DNA from: a virus
DNA: 64,000 nucleotides
IMG/VR virus record: IMGVR_UViG_3300044998_001035
Location: 1-64,000 of that record
Direction: 5' to 3' (one strand)
The notes under the pieces were generated by a model that was given only the letters and a program-made list of their open reading frames with translations, was not told the DNA's origin and searched no databases. This document shows, one piece after another, positions 54,454 to 63,554 of the stretch. The translations under genes and the position numbers were made by a program. Numbering within the stretch: the stretch's first letter is position 1; each line of letters begins with the position of its first letter.

Positions 54454-55074
54454 GTGCCCGGACCCGTGCCCGACCCGGAACCCGTCCCCCCGCCCGTCGC
54501 GTACGGGCGGCTGCTCTCCGCCCTGTCTCACGACCTGCTCAACGCCGCGCACGCGCTGGCGTCGGCCGCGGCGTCGGCGTCCCTGTCCCTGGCGCGAGGG
54601 GCCTCGTCGCGGGCGTCGCGGGCGCTGGCGTCCGCCCCCGAGGCGGCGTCCCGGCTGGCCGACGCGGCGACGGCGGGTGCGGGCCCGCCGGAGCCGGCCG
54701 CGTCCCCGCCGGGGGCGCTGCTGCGGCTGGCGTCCTCGAACGCGCGCCTGGCGGCCGCCGCGTCGCGGCCGGGGGCCGTGGCCCCGGGCACGCCCGCGGC
54801 GTGGGCGGAGCCGCGCGGGCTGGCCCGGCTGGTCGCCGACCTGGCGTGCGAGGCCGCCCGGCTGGCCGGCGGGCCGGGCGCCGCCGTCGCGCTCTCGGCG
54901 GCGTCCGCGGCCTGGCACGCGGCACGGCTCGGGCTCGCGCCCGAGGGCCCGGGGCGGGGCGGGGACGCGGGCGAGGGCGATGGCGGGCCCGTCCGGTTCC
55001 GCGTCGTCGTCCCGGCCGCGCACGCGGTCCCCGGGGCGGCTTCCGATGTCGGAGAAAATCCGGGATCTAGTTGA
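54454..55074 (+). CDS. Ala-rich helical hypothetical protein
   Basis: LSALSHDLLNA resembles a histidine-kinase H-box; otherwise degenerate. Confidence 0.4.
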   Translation: MPGPVPDPEPVPPPVAYGRLLSALSHDLLNAAHALASAAASASLSLARGASSRASRALASAPEAASRLADAATAGAGPPEPAASPPGALLRLASSNARLAAAASRPGAVAPGTPAAWAEPRGLARLVADLACEAARLAGGPGAAVALSAASAAWHAARLGLAPEGPGRGGDAGEGDGGPVRFRVVVPAAHAVPGAASDVGENPGSS

Positions 55075-55171
55075 AATCCTAGATTATTTCGTGATAACGT
55101 GATCGGCGGCGAAGGACGCCGGACCCGGCGAGGAGACGCTTTCCGATGGCCCATTACAGGTATGGACCGCG

Positions 55172-55513
55172 ATGGCGATGGCACTCGGCTGGGGCGGCGG
55201 GGAGGCGGCCGGCGCGGCGATCCCGCCCGGGGGCTCGGCGGCGTTGCGCCGGCGCCGGCGGACGCTTGACGGCGTCCGGGCGGCCCGGATCAGGGACCTG
55301 ATCTACCTCCTGCTCGTGGACGACTCGGGCCTGAGCCCGGCCGACGCGGAGCTGGTCCTGTCCGCGCCGTGGCCGTCGTCGAGGCAGGGCCGGAACGACC
55401 GGCTCCGGCCGGCCCGCTCGGCGCTCTCGGGCGTCCAGGGCGGGGCGCTGGCGGCGCTGCTGGCCGAGGTCGGGGCGGCGGCCGACGACGCCGGCGACGG
55501 GTGGCCCTCGTGA
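55172..55513 (+). CDS. Hypothetical protein
   Basis: Follows an AT-rich promoter-like island at 55055-55105. Confidence 0.45.
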   Translation: MAMALGWGGGEAAGAAIPPGGSAALRRRRRTLDGVRAARIRDLIYLLLVDDSGLSPADAELVLSAPWPSSRQGRNDRLRPARSALSGVQGGALAALLAEVGAAADDAGDGWPS

Positions 55514-56097
55514 CCGCCTCCGCGCCCTCCTGGGGCCGGTTCCTGGCCGAGCTGGAGGCCGCCGGGCGTCGGCTGCGGGCCCGGGGCAGCCGCGACCCCT
55601 TCGCGTACCCCCTGGCCCGCTCCGACTGGCGGGGCTCGTCGCTGAACTTCGAGATCTTCGTCCGGCGGTCCTACCCCGAGCTGGTCGTGGACGAGTCGGA
55701 CGCGACGCTGGCGCTGTGCGACGGCTGCCGGCGGGGCGACGCCCCGGCCCCGTTCCCGGCCGGCAGCTCGCGCGTCTGCCCGGTCTGCCACGTCACCGGG
55801 CGCGAGGACGCCCTGGGCCGTCAGCTCGCGCTGGCCGGCCTGCCGCCGGCCGAGCGCCCCGCGCCCCCGGGCCGTCGCCGGCCCGCGCGCGCCCCGCGCG
55901 GCGGGGTGATCCGGATGCGGCGCGGGGCCTGGCACCTCGCCACGGCGCCGACCGCCTCGGGCTTCGCGGCCTGGGCGCGACGCGACGCGCCGACGACGGC
56001 CGAGGACCCCGAGGACGAGCCCGGAGAGGTCATGGTCGAGTTCGGCGACTCGCGCTCCGAGGCGCTGAGGAAGCTGTCCCGGTCGCTGCGCCCGTGA
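55510..56097 (+). CDS. Zn-ribbon hypothetical protein
   Basis: CDGC...CPVC. Confidence 0.5.
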   Translation: MTASAPSWGRFLAELEAAGRRLRARGSRDPFAYPLARSDWRGSSLNFEIFVRRSYPELVVDESDATLALCDGCRRGDAPAPFPAGSSRVCPVCHVTGREDALGRQLALAGLPPAERPAPPGRRRPARAPRGGVIRMRRGAWHLATAPTASGFAAWARRDAPTTAEDPEDEPGEVMVEFGDSRSEALRKLSRSLRP

Positions 56098-56355
56098 CCC
56101 CGCGGCGCCGGCCGAGACGCGGAGGGAAGGGGGGCGTGATGCTCCGGTTCGCGATCGGGCTGATGGCCGTCGCCCTGGCGCTGGCCCTGCTCGCGGCCTA
56201 CGCCCGCGACGAACTCAACCGCCGGGGGTTCTTCTGATGGCGCGAGGGATCTGGGCGGAACTGGCCCTGCTCGCCCTGTTCGTCGCCGCGTGCTACGGCG
56301 CGTCGGGCGTCGTCGTCGCCGCGGCCGAGGCCCGCCGTCGCGGCGGGGGCGGCCG

Positions 56356-56925
56356 TTGAGCGCCCGCCGCCGCGCCGTCCCCGCCGTCGAGGCCCTGGAG
56401 CACCGCGACGCCGCGGCCGTCGTGGTGCCGGGATACCTGACGTGGTCGATCGTCCCCGACGGGACGGCGGTCGTCGGGGGGCCGAGCGTGCTCCGCTCCG
56501 CGATGGCCGCGAAGGACCCGGCCTGGGAGGCCAAGGTCCGGCGCGCGATGGCGGAATGGTCCAGGGCGCTGGGGGTCGCGATCGCCTACGTGCCCGACTC
56601 GGGCCCGCTCGGGTCGACGATCCGGGTGGGCGGGTCGATCGTCCCGGGGACGAACGTCGCGGCCTGGGCGTACTACCCGTGCCCCTGCCCCGAGGGCTCC
56701 GACATCACGATCAACGTGGCGCAGGACTGGGGCTCGGTCGACCTGTATACCGTGATGCTCCACGAGCTGGGGCACGCCGTCGCGGGCCTGGACCACGGCG
56801 CCGCGCCGATCATGGGGCCGTACCGCGGCCCCGTCGCCGGCCTGTCCGCCGCGGACGTCGCCGCGGCCCGCGCCAGCGTCGTCGTCCTCGCCTCCCCCGT
56901 CGGGGTGCTCTCGAAGGGCGTCTAG
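56356..56925 (+). CDS. Matrixin (M10) metallopeptidase with a planctomycete-type leader
   Basis: RRRAVPAVEALEHR leader; DLYTVMLHELGHAVAGLDH...IMGPY (Met-turn). Confidence 0.85.
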   Translation: MSARRRAVPAVEALEHRDAAAVVVPGYLTWSIVPDGTAVVGGPSVLRSAMAAKDPAWEAKVRRAMAEWSRALGVAIAYVPDSGPLGSTIRVGGSIVPGTNVAAWAYYPCPCPEGSDITINVAQDWGSVDLYTVMLHELGHAVAGLDHGAAPIMGPYRGPVAGLSAADVAAARASVVVLASPVGVLSKGV

Positions 56926-57101
56926 CGCCCTCCCCCGCGACCCGTTCACAATCTTGAAGGCGAAGCCCCCCCCCACGGACGAGGCCGCGTCGCGCGACGC
57001 CACGCATCGCGATCGACACCACGCCGAGAGGCGCGACGCATCCCGAGGTGAGGCACGGGGACCGCGAGAACCGCGGCCCACGCGAGGATCGGAGAATGCT
57101 T

Positions 57102-57404
57102 ATGAATTTGAGGTGGCCGAAGGACGCGGCGACGTGGGTCGGGCTGGTCGGCGTGCTGGCCGGCGCGGTCTACCACGCGACGCAGGGGCAGTACGAGGCG
57201 GCCTGGGCGATGCTGGCGGCGGCGCTGGCGATGCTGGGGATCGGCCAGAACGCGGCGACGGCGGCGGCCGAGGCCCACGCCGCGGCCACCCAGGCGACGT
57301 TCGCCGCGGCCGACGCGCGGGCGATCCGCGACGACCCGAGCCTGCCGGGCGCCCCGCTGGGCGCCGCGGAGCGGGCGATCCGCGACGCGGCGGGGGGGGG
57401 CTGA
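57102..57404 (+). CDS. Holin-like two-TM protein
   Basis: TWVGLVGVLAGAVY and AAWAMLAAALAMLGIG. Confidence 0.55.
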   Translation: MNLRWPKDAATWVGLVGVLAGAVYHATQGQYEAAWAMLAAALAMLGIGQNAATAAAEAHAAATQATFAAADARAIRDDPSLPGAPLGAAERAIRDAAGGG

Positions 57405-57407
57405 GCC

Positions 57408-58118
57408 GTGGCGAGGCCCCGACCCGAGCCGGGCCACGGTGCCGACGCCCCGGCGTTGCCCGAGGGCGCGGTCTGGCGCGGCAACCCGCGCCTGGTCCCG
57501 CTGCTGGTCCCCGTGGCGTCGCTCCACGAGGACCCCGCCAACGTCAACACGCACCCGGAGCGGTCGGTCGCGGCCATCGCGGCGAGCTACGCCCGGTTCG
57601 GGCAGCAGAAGCCGCTGGTCTGCGGGCCCGACATGACCGTGCGGGACGGCAACGGCCAGCTCCACGCCGCGGCCGAGCGGCTGGGCTGGACGCACGTCGC
57701 GGCGATCCCGAGCGACCTGGACGGGGTGGAGCTGTCGGCCTACGCGCTGGCGGCCAACCGGACCGCCCAGCACGCCGAGTGGGACTTCGAGGCGTTGTCC
57801 GACGTGCTCAGGGCGATGCGGGACGGCGGCCACGCAATCGACGACCTGGGGTGGGCAGACTACGAGCTGGAGCCGCTGCTGGCCGCGACGTGGACGCCGC
57901 CCGAGCCCGGCCCGCTCCCGGGCGGGCCCGAGGCCCGCGACGCCGGGGAGCCCGTCGCCGGCGGGAAGGTGCGGTTCGTCCTGGAGGTTCCGGCCGACGA
58001 CGCGGACGTGCTCCGCAGGGCCGTCGCGGCGGCGCGCGGGGACGCGGCCGACGATTCGGTGGCGTCGGGCCTGGTCGAAATCTGCCGGGCGTACCTGGCC
58101 GCCCGCGGCGAGGGCTGA
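57408..58118 (+). CDS. ParB/Srx N-terminal domain protein heading the deazaguanine cluster
   Basis: VASLHEDPANVNTH...SYARFGQQKPLV...DGNG...ANRTA...EWD. Confidence 0.85.
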   Translation: MARPRPEPGHGADAPALPEGAVWRGNPRLVPLLVPVASLHEDPANVNTHPERSVAAIAASYARFGQQKPLVCGPDMTVRDGNGQLHAAAERLGWTHVAAIPSDLDGVELSAYALAANRTAQHAEWDFEALSDVLRAMRDGGHAIDDLGWADYELEPLLAATWTPPEPGPLPGGPEARDAGEPVAGGKVRFVLEVPADDADVLRRAVAAARGDAADDSVASGLVEICRAYLAARGEG

Positions 58119-58122
58119 ATGC

Positions 58123-59225
58123 ATGGGGCCGAGCGCGACGGGGCCATGCGACGGGACGACGGTCCGGCTCGCGGTCGGCCTGAACCCCAACGCGGCGACC
58201 GCGCGGGCCCTGGCCGCGCCGGCGGTACGCCTGGCATACCACCGCGAGGGGGACCGCACGTTGTCCGAGGCGTCCGAGACATCCGCCTCGCCCGCGGTGC
58301 GGCTGGCCATGCCCGCGGGGGCATTGCCGGCGAGGGGCGGGCCGTGGACAAGGGGCTGGAGCATGCGGACGCGCCCGCGCTGCTCGTCTCGTACGCGTAC
58401 CTCGGCCCGTTCCTGAAGAACCGGGCGCGCTACAGGTATCGCGACTGGGCGCTGGACTCGGGCGCGTTCTCGGCCCACAACAGCGGGGCCGAAATCCGGC
58501 TCGACGATTACATCGACACGTGCAAACGGCTGATGGACGAGGACCCGACGTTGGCCGAGGTGTTCGCGCTGGACGTGATCGGGGACTGGCGGGCGTCGGT
58601 CCGGAACGCGGAGGAGATGTGGCGCCGGGGGGTGCCGGCGATCCCGTGCTTCCACGTCGGGAGCCCCGAGTCCGTCCTGGTCGGGCTCGCGAAGGATTAT
58701 CCGAAGATCGCCCTCGGGGGCTGCGTCGGCTACCGCAAGAAGGACGAGTTCGCCGCCAACTGCTTCGCCAGGGTCTGGCCGAAGAAGGTCCACGGGTTCG
58801 GGTTCGGGTCTCGGAAGTCGATCATGGCCCTCCCCTGGCACTCCGTGGACGCGACGAACTGGGAGATCGGCCCGTGCAAGTTCGGCCGGTGGGCTTCCTT
58901 CGGCAGCATGAGCGTGCGGGGCGGCGGCCAGAACCTGCGTGCCGAGGTGGAGTTCTACCTGGCCCTGGAGCGTCAGGCGCGCGCCCGGTGGCGGCGGCAG
59001 ATGGCGGAACTCGACGCGGCCGGCCCCGCGTCGGCCCCCGCCGTCCGGCTGGCCGCCCAGGCCGGCGGCGACGCCCAGATCGCGCGGTCTGGCCTGGCCG
59101 GACCGGTCCGGACATCGGGCTCGCCGTTGACGCCGGCAGCGCCTCGGGCGCCCGGGTCGCCTCCGCCATCGCCCGCAGTCCGTCTGGCGGTGAAGGAGAG
59201 CGGGAGGCAGGGCTGCCTCGGATGA
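58123..59225 (+). CDS. dpdA: DpdA-like DNA guanine transglycosylase (TGT fold); 5' end frameshifted at G-run 58317-58321, or starts at GTG 58344
   Basis: [44 protein letters not shown]; directly upstream of queC. Confidence 0.8.
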
Positions 59226-59265
59226 CGGGCGGTCGCCGATCCGAGGGACCAAGGGGGGTGCGCGA

Positions 59266-59934
59266 ATGAAGGTGGTCGCGGTCGTGTCGGGCGGCATGGA
59301 CTCCGTGACGCTGGCCCACTCCCTGCGCGCGGAGGGGCACGACCTGGCGCTGCTGTCGGTCGACTATGGCCAGCGGCACGCCAGGGAGCTGGCGTGCGCC
59401 GCCGCCTGCGCGGCGAGGCTGGGCGTCCCGCACCGGGTCGCGGACCTGAGGGCGCTGGCGCCGCTGCTGGGCGGGTCGAGCCTGACGGACCCGGCCGTGC
59501 CGGTCCCCGAGGGCCACTACGCGGCGGAATCGATGAAGGCGACGGTGGTGCCGAACCGGAACATGATCCTCCTGGCCGTGGCGGCGGGGTGGGCGATCTC
59601 CCGGGGCGCCGAGGCGGTCGCGATCGGGGCCCACGCCGGGGACCACGCGATCTACCCGGACTGCCGGCCCGAGTTCGCCGACGCGATGGACCGGGCGTTG
59701 TCGCTCTGCGACTGGTCCCCGGTGAGGGTCCTGCGGCCGTTCATCGGCGAGACGAAGGCCGGGATCGCCGCGCTCGGGGCCCGGCTGGGCGTCCCCTGGG
59801 CCGAGACCTGGAGCTGCTACAAGGGCGGGGACGCACACTGCGGGCGGTGCGGCACCTGTGTCGAGCGTCGCGAGGCGTTCGAGTTGGCCGGCGTCCCGGA
59901 CCCCACCCGCTATGACGTCGCCGAGGCGGCGTGA
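59266..59934 (+). CDS. queC: 7-cyano-7-deazaguanine synthase
   Basis: [36 protein letters not shown]. Confidence 0.97.
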   Translation: MKVVAVVSGGMDSVTLAHSLRAEGHDLALLSVDYGQRHARELACAAACAARLGVPHRVADLRALAPLLGGSSLTDPAVPVPEGHYAAESMKATVVPNRNMILLAVAAGWAISRGAEAVAIGAHAGDHAIYPDCRPEFADAMDRALSLCDWSPVRVLRPFIGETKAGIAALGARLGVPWAETWSCYKGGDAHCGRCGTCVERREAFELAGVPDPTRYDVAEAA

Positions 59935-59958
59935 ACGGCCAACGCGAGGAGCGTCCGC

Positions 59959-60450
59959 GTGCGTCCGCTGAGGCGTGGTGAAGTCGCCGGGAAGGGGAAC
60001 CCGTTCCTGGTGTTGGCCGATCGCGGGGTCGAGGTTAGGTCGCCGCTGGGGGAGGACGAGATCCGTCGTCGCGACCTGGTCCTGACGACGAATTGCTGCC
60101 GCGAGAAGCTGGCGCGTCGCGACCCGGCGGACCACCGGGAGATCTACCTGGGGAGGATTCAGAGGCGGACCCATGAGTATGCCCGGTTGCGGGGGATACC
60201 GTCCGGGACCCTGAACGCCTACAACGGGATCTTCTTCGACGGAGACCCGGTCCCGCCTTACGACATCCACCCGAGCCAACTCGACGACGCCCGCCTGGTG
60301 GAACTCGGCCGGAACATCGGGCGCCGCTGCCGGTCTCGCGGCGTCCCGGGGGTCGCCTACTATCAGTCCACGCCGTACTTCGCCATGCCGTACCTGGTGA
60401 TGCTCTCCTACAGCGGGATTCCGTTCGTCTACGCCAGCCGGTTGTCCTGA
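59959..60450 (+). CDS. DUF6884-like protein within the deazaguanine cluster
   Basis: TTNCCREK...EIYLG...YA...LNAYNG...VPPYD pattern. Family name from recollection. Confidence 0.5.
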   Translation: MRPLRRGEVAGKGNPFLVLADRGVEVRSPLGEDEIRRRDLVLTTNCCREKLARRDPADHREIYLGRIQRRTHEYARLRGIPSGTLNAYNGIFFDGDPVPPYDIHPSQLDDARLVELGRNIGRRCRSRGVPGVAYYQSTPYFAMPYLVMLSYSGIPFVYASRLS

Positions 60451-60538
60451 CGCGTCGCGGCGGGCGTCGATCGGCGATGTTCGCGGGCCTCGCCGCCCGC
60501 GACGGCTTGTCGTCGCATTGGAACCTGCGGAGGTTGCC

Positions 60539-60901
60539 CTGTTCCGGATCACGAAGCAGTTCTCGTTCAGCGCGAGCCACGTCCTGGACCATTTGCCGGC
60601 CGGCCACCCGTGCGCCCGGCTCCACGGGCACAACTACCGCGTCGAGGTGGTGGTGGAGTCGCCGTGCCTGGACGACCGCGGGTTCTGCCAGCTCGACTAC
60701 CGCGAGCTGGACGGGTTCGAGGCGTACCTGGACGAGGCCCTGGACCACCGGCACCTCAACGACGTGCTGCCGTGCCGGACGACGGCGGAGAACCTGGCCC
60801 GGTTCCTCCACGCGGAGGCGAGGAAGGCCAGCCCGTTCGTGGTCGCGGTTCGGGTCTCGGAGACGGAGAAGACGTGGGCCGAGTACAGGGGGCCGGCGTG
60901 A
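60539..60901 (+). CDS. queD: 6-carboxytetrahydropterin synthase (probable CTG start)
   Basis: FRITKQFSFSASH...CARLHGHNY...LDHRHLN...TAENLA...VSET. Confidence 0.95.
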   Translation: MFRITKQFSFSASHVLDHLPAGHPCARLHGHNYRVEVVVESPCLDDRGFCQLDYRELDGFEAYLDEALDHRHLNDVLPCRTTAENLARFLHAEARKASPFVVAVRVSETEKTWAEYRGPA

Positions 60902-61566
60902 GGTACGCGGCCAACGACGTCTACGCCTGCATCCAGGGCGAGGGGTGCATGGCCGGCCAGTCGATGGCGCTCGTGCGCCTGATGGGCTGCGCGGTCGGGT
61001 GCCCGTGGTGCGACACGAAGGAGACGTGGGAGGCCGCCGAGTCGTCGCGGCGCCCGACGCTGGCGGCGGCGCTCGGAACGGGGCCCGCGTGGGCCTGGGC
61101 CTCCCCCGACGAGCTGGCGGCGGCGGCCCGCGCCGCGGGGCCGGCGATCCCCTGGGCGCTCGTGACCGGCGGGGAGCCGGCGGAGCAGCCGCTGGGCCCG
61201 CTCTGCGGGTCGCTGCGCGCCGCCGGATTCCGCGTGGCGCTGGAGACGTCGGGGACGGCCGCCGGGTTCGAGGGGGCCGCGATCGACTGGCTGTGCGTCT
61301 CGCCGAAGCTCGGCATGCCGGGCGGGAAGGCGGTCCTCCCCGGCGCCGTGGCGGCGGCCGACGAGGTCAAGATGGTCGTGGGGCGGCCGGCGGACCTGGA
61401 CGCCCTGGACGCGCTGCTGGCGTCGTGCCCGGCGAGGCCGGGGCGCCAGGTCTGCCTCCAGCCCGTGAGCGGGAGCCAGAAGGCGACGACGCTGTGCGTC
61501 GAGGCGGCGAAGGCGAGGGGGTGGCGGCTGTCGCTCCAGGTCCACAAGTTCCTGGGGGAGCGATGA
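60898..61566 (+). CDS. queE: 7-carboxy-7-deazaguanine synthase (radical SAM)
   Basis: IQGEG, CAVGCPWCDT, TGGEP, ETSG, VSPK, SLQVHK. Confidence 0.96.
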   Translation: MRYAANDVYACIQGEGCMAGQSMALVRLMGCAVGCPWCDTKETWEAAESSRRPTLAAALGTGPAWAWASPDELAAAARAAGPAIPWALVTGGEPAEQPLGPLCGSLRAAGFRVALETSGTAAGFEGAAIDWLCVSPKLGMPGGKAVLPGAVAAADEVKMVVGRPADLDALDALLASCPARPGRQVCLQPVSGSQKATTLCVEAAKARGWRLSLQVHKFLGER

Positions 61567-62144
61567 GCGAGGACGCGGATCGCGGCCCGCGCCGGGTGGA
61601 CCACGCCAGGGTGGAGCGGCTGGCCAGGGAACTGCTGGAAGCGGTCGGGGAGGACCCGTCCCGCGAGGGGCTGCGGGACACCCCGCGGCGGTTCGCCGAC
61701 TGGTGGCGGGAGTTCCTGGAGCACGACCCCGGCCGCGTCGCCACGTCGTTCGAGTCCGACGCGTCGGACCAACTCGTCGTGGTCTCCGGGATGCGCGCGT
61801 GGAGCCTGTGCGAGCACCACCTGCTGCCGTTCTGGTGCGACGTGGCCATCGGGTACATCCCGAGGGGCCGGCTGCTCGGCCTGTCCAAGCTGGCCCGCGT
61901 GGCGCACAAGCACGCCCGCCGGCTCCAGGTCCAGGAGCGGCTGGCGGCCGGGGTCGCGGACGAGGTGTCGGCCCTGTCCGGCTCCCCCGACGTGGCCGTG
62001 CTGGCGCGCGGCGAGCACCTGTGCATGACGATGCGCGGGGCCAGGACCCCGGGCCTGATGACGACGAGCGTCGTCCGCGGCGCGTTCCGCGCGTCGGCCT
62101 CGGCCCGCCAGGAGTTCTTCAGCCTGGCCGCGCCCCGCGCGTGA
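61563..62144 (+). CDS. folE: GTP cyclohydrolase I
   Basis: REGLRDTPRR, SLCEHHLLPF, GLSKLAR, QVQERL, HLCMTMRG. Confidence 0.97.
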   Translation: MSEDADRGPRRVDHARVERLARELLEAVGEDPSREGLRDTPRRFADWWREFLEHDPGRVATSFESDASDQLVVVSGMRAWSLCEHHLLPFWCDVAIGYIPRGRLLGLSKLARVAHKHARRLQVQERLAAGVADEVSALSGSPDVAVLARGEHLCMTMRGARTPGLMTTSVVRGAFRASASARQEFFSLAAPRA

Positions 62145-62331
62145 CGCCCGGCCCCGCCCCCCCGCGCCGCCCGTCCGCCTCGATCTTCTCGGCGACGGCC
62201 CGGCGGACGTAGTCGGCCGCCGACATCCCGGCCGCCGCCGCCGCGCGCCGGATCGCCTCCCGCTCGTCCTCCCTGAGCCGCAGGTTGAACAGCCTCGTCT
62301 GCGCCCCCGGGCCGGACCTCCGCTCGAACAT
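62119..62331 (-). CDS. Ribbon-helix-helix small regulator
   Basis: FNLRLREDEREAIRRAAAAAGMSAADYVRR. Confidence 0.75.
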   Translation of the reverse strand: MFERRSGPGAQTRLFNLRLREDEREAIRRAAAAAGMSAADYVRRAVAEKIEADGRRGGAGPGVTRGARPG

Positions 62332-62418
62332 CGACCACCCCCCCTTCTGTTCCTCGCGCCAGGGCCTCGGGCATGGAGGCGGGCCCCGCCGGGACGGCCG
62401 GCGAGGCCCGCGGGCGGC

Positions 62419-62838
62419 TCAGGCCGCCGGGTCGTACCCGATCGCCGCGAACGCCTCGGCGACCTTCGCCGCGGAGTCCGGGGTGAGCGGGTGCCGCACG
62501 TCGCCCAGCTCCTCCAGGGCGAACAGGACCTCGCGGACGGCCTCGGCACACCCCCGGGCCCTGGCGTACTCCAGCGCCTCGCGGTACGCCCCGGCGGCGG
62601 CCCCGCGGGAGGCCGCCTCCAGCGTCGCGTCCACGATCGACTTCAGCACGAACCCGGAGTCGGCCTCCGCCGCGACATCCAAGACCTTCGCCCGCGCCTT
62701 CGCCGCCTGGTCCAGGCTCCGCAGCAGCCCGTTCGCCAGCGCCCGCGCCGCCATGTTCCAGTAGGACGCCTCAAGCTGCTCGGGGGTCAGGGCCACGTGG
62801 GTCGCCTTCGCCGCCGCCTTGATCGCCTTGCTCGCCAT
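62419..62838 (-). CDS. Hypothetical early protein
   Basis: GGAGG RBS; lies under a TTGACA promoter. Confidence 0.6.
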   Translation of the reverse strand: MASKAIKAAAKATHVALTPEQLEASYWNMAARALANGLLRSLDQAAKARAKVLDVAAEADSGFVLKSIVDATLEAASRGAAAGAYREALEYARARGCAEAVREVLFALEELGDVRHPLTPDSAAKVAEAFAAIGYDPAA

Positions 62839-62877
62839 CGTCCTGCCTCCGGTTCCGGTCGTCCTCGTTCGTGTGTC

Positions 62878-62958
62878 GTAGCTGTGTGCTACACTGGTAA
62901 TATCCACCGTGTAGCGCTGGTGTCAATGCGGAATCCGGATCGAATCCGGATTTTTTTT
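62878..62958 (-). promoter_or_regulatory. Leftward sigma70 promoter with operator-like IRs
   Basis: TTGACA (62926-62921), TATTAC at 18 bp, upstream A-tract; GCTACAC/GTGTAGC IR; AATCCGGAT-cga-ATCCGGATT palindrome. Confidence 0.6.
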
Positions 62959-63017
62959 CGGCCCCGGCCGTCGCGGCGTCTCGGCCGGGGCCCCGGGCCG
63001 GGCGTGCCGGGTGGGCG

Positions 63018-63542
63018 GTGAGCACGAGCGAAGAACGCGGCGGGGTGGGCGGCGATTCGGCCGCGCCCCGGTCCACAGATTCCACGCGGCGACGCGTGCG
63101 GCCCCAGCCGTACCGCGAGTGGCGGGCGAAGTTCCTGGGCGCCCTGGCGCAGACCGGGAACGTCCTGGCGGCCACGACGCGGGCGGGGATCGACCGCACG
63201 ACGGCGTACAAGCGGCGATACCGCGACGGCAAGTTCGCCGCGGCGTGGGACCAGGCGCTGGAGGACGCGGCGGACCTGCTGGAGATCGAGGCCAGGCGCC
63301 GCGCCACCAAGGGCGTCGCGCGGCCGGTCTTCCAGGGCGGCAAGCACGTCGGGGACGTGACCGAGTATTCGGATACGTTGCTGATGTTTCTGCTGCGCGG
63401 GGCGAACCCGAAGAAGTACCGCGAGCCCCGGCCCGGCGCCGGCGACGCGCCGGCCGTGTCGACGCCCGACGAGGGCGGGGCGGTGCAGCTCATCGAGGTC
63501 GTGGTGCCGCCCCCGGCCGATCCGCCGGCGGACGGCGGCTGA
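63018..63542 (+). CDS. terS: Terminase small subunit
   Basis: FLGALAQTGNV..A...AGIDRTTAY...FAAAWDQA...LEIEARRRA..G...YSDTLLMFLL...PKKY. Confidence 0.85.
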   Translation: MSTSEERGGVGGDSAAPRSTDSTRRRVRPQPYREWRAKFLGALAQTGNVLAATTRAGIDRTTAYKRRYRDGKFAAAWDQALEDAADLLEIEARRRATKGVARPVFQGGKHVGDVTEYSDTLLMFLLRGANPKKYREPRPGAGDAPAVSTPDEGGAVQLIEVVVPPPADPPADGG

Positions 63543-63554
63543 CGCGGGGCGCCG

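Noticed and set aside
57096-57104. Holin/antiholin dual start (Met-Leu-Met)
   Set aside because: There is no basic residue between the Met codons, and the GGAG RBS fits only the second ATG.
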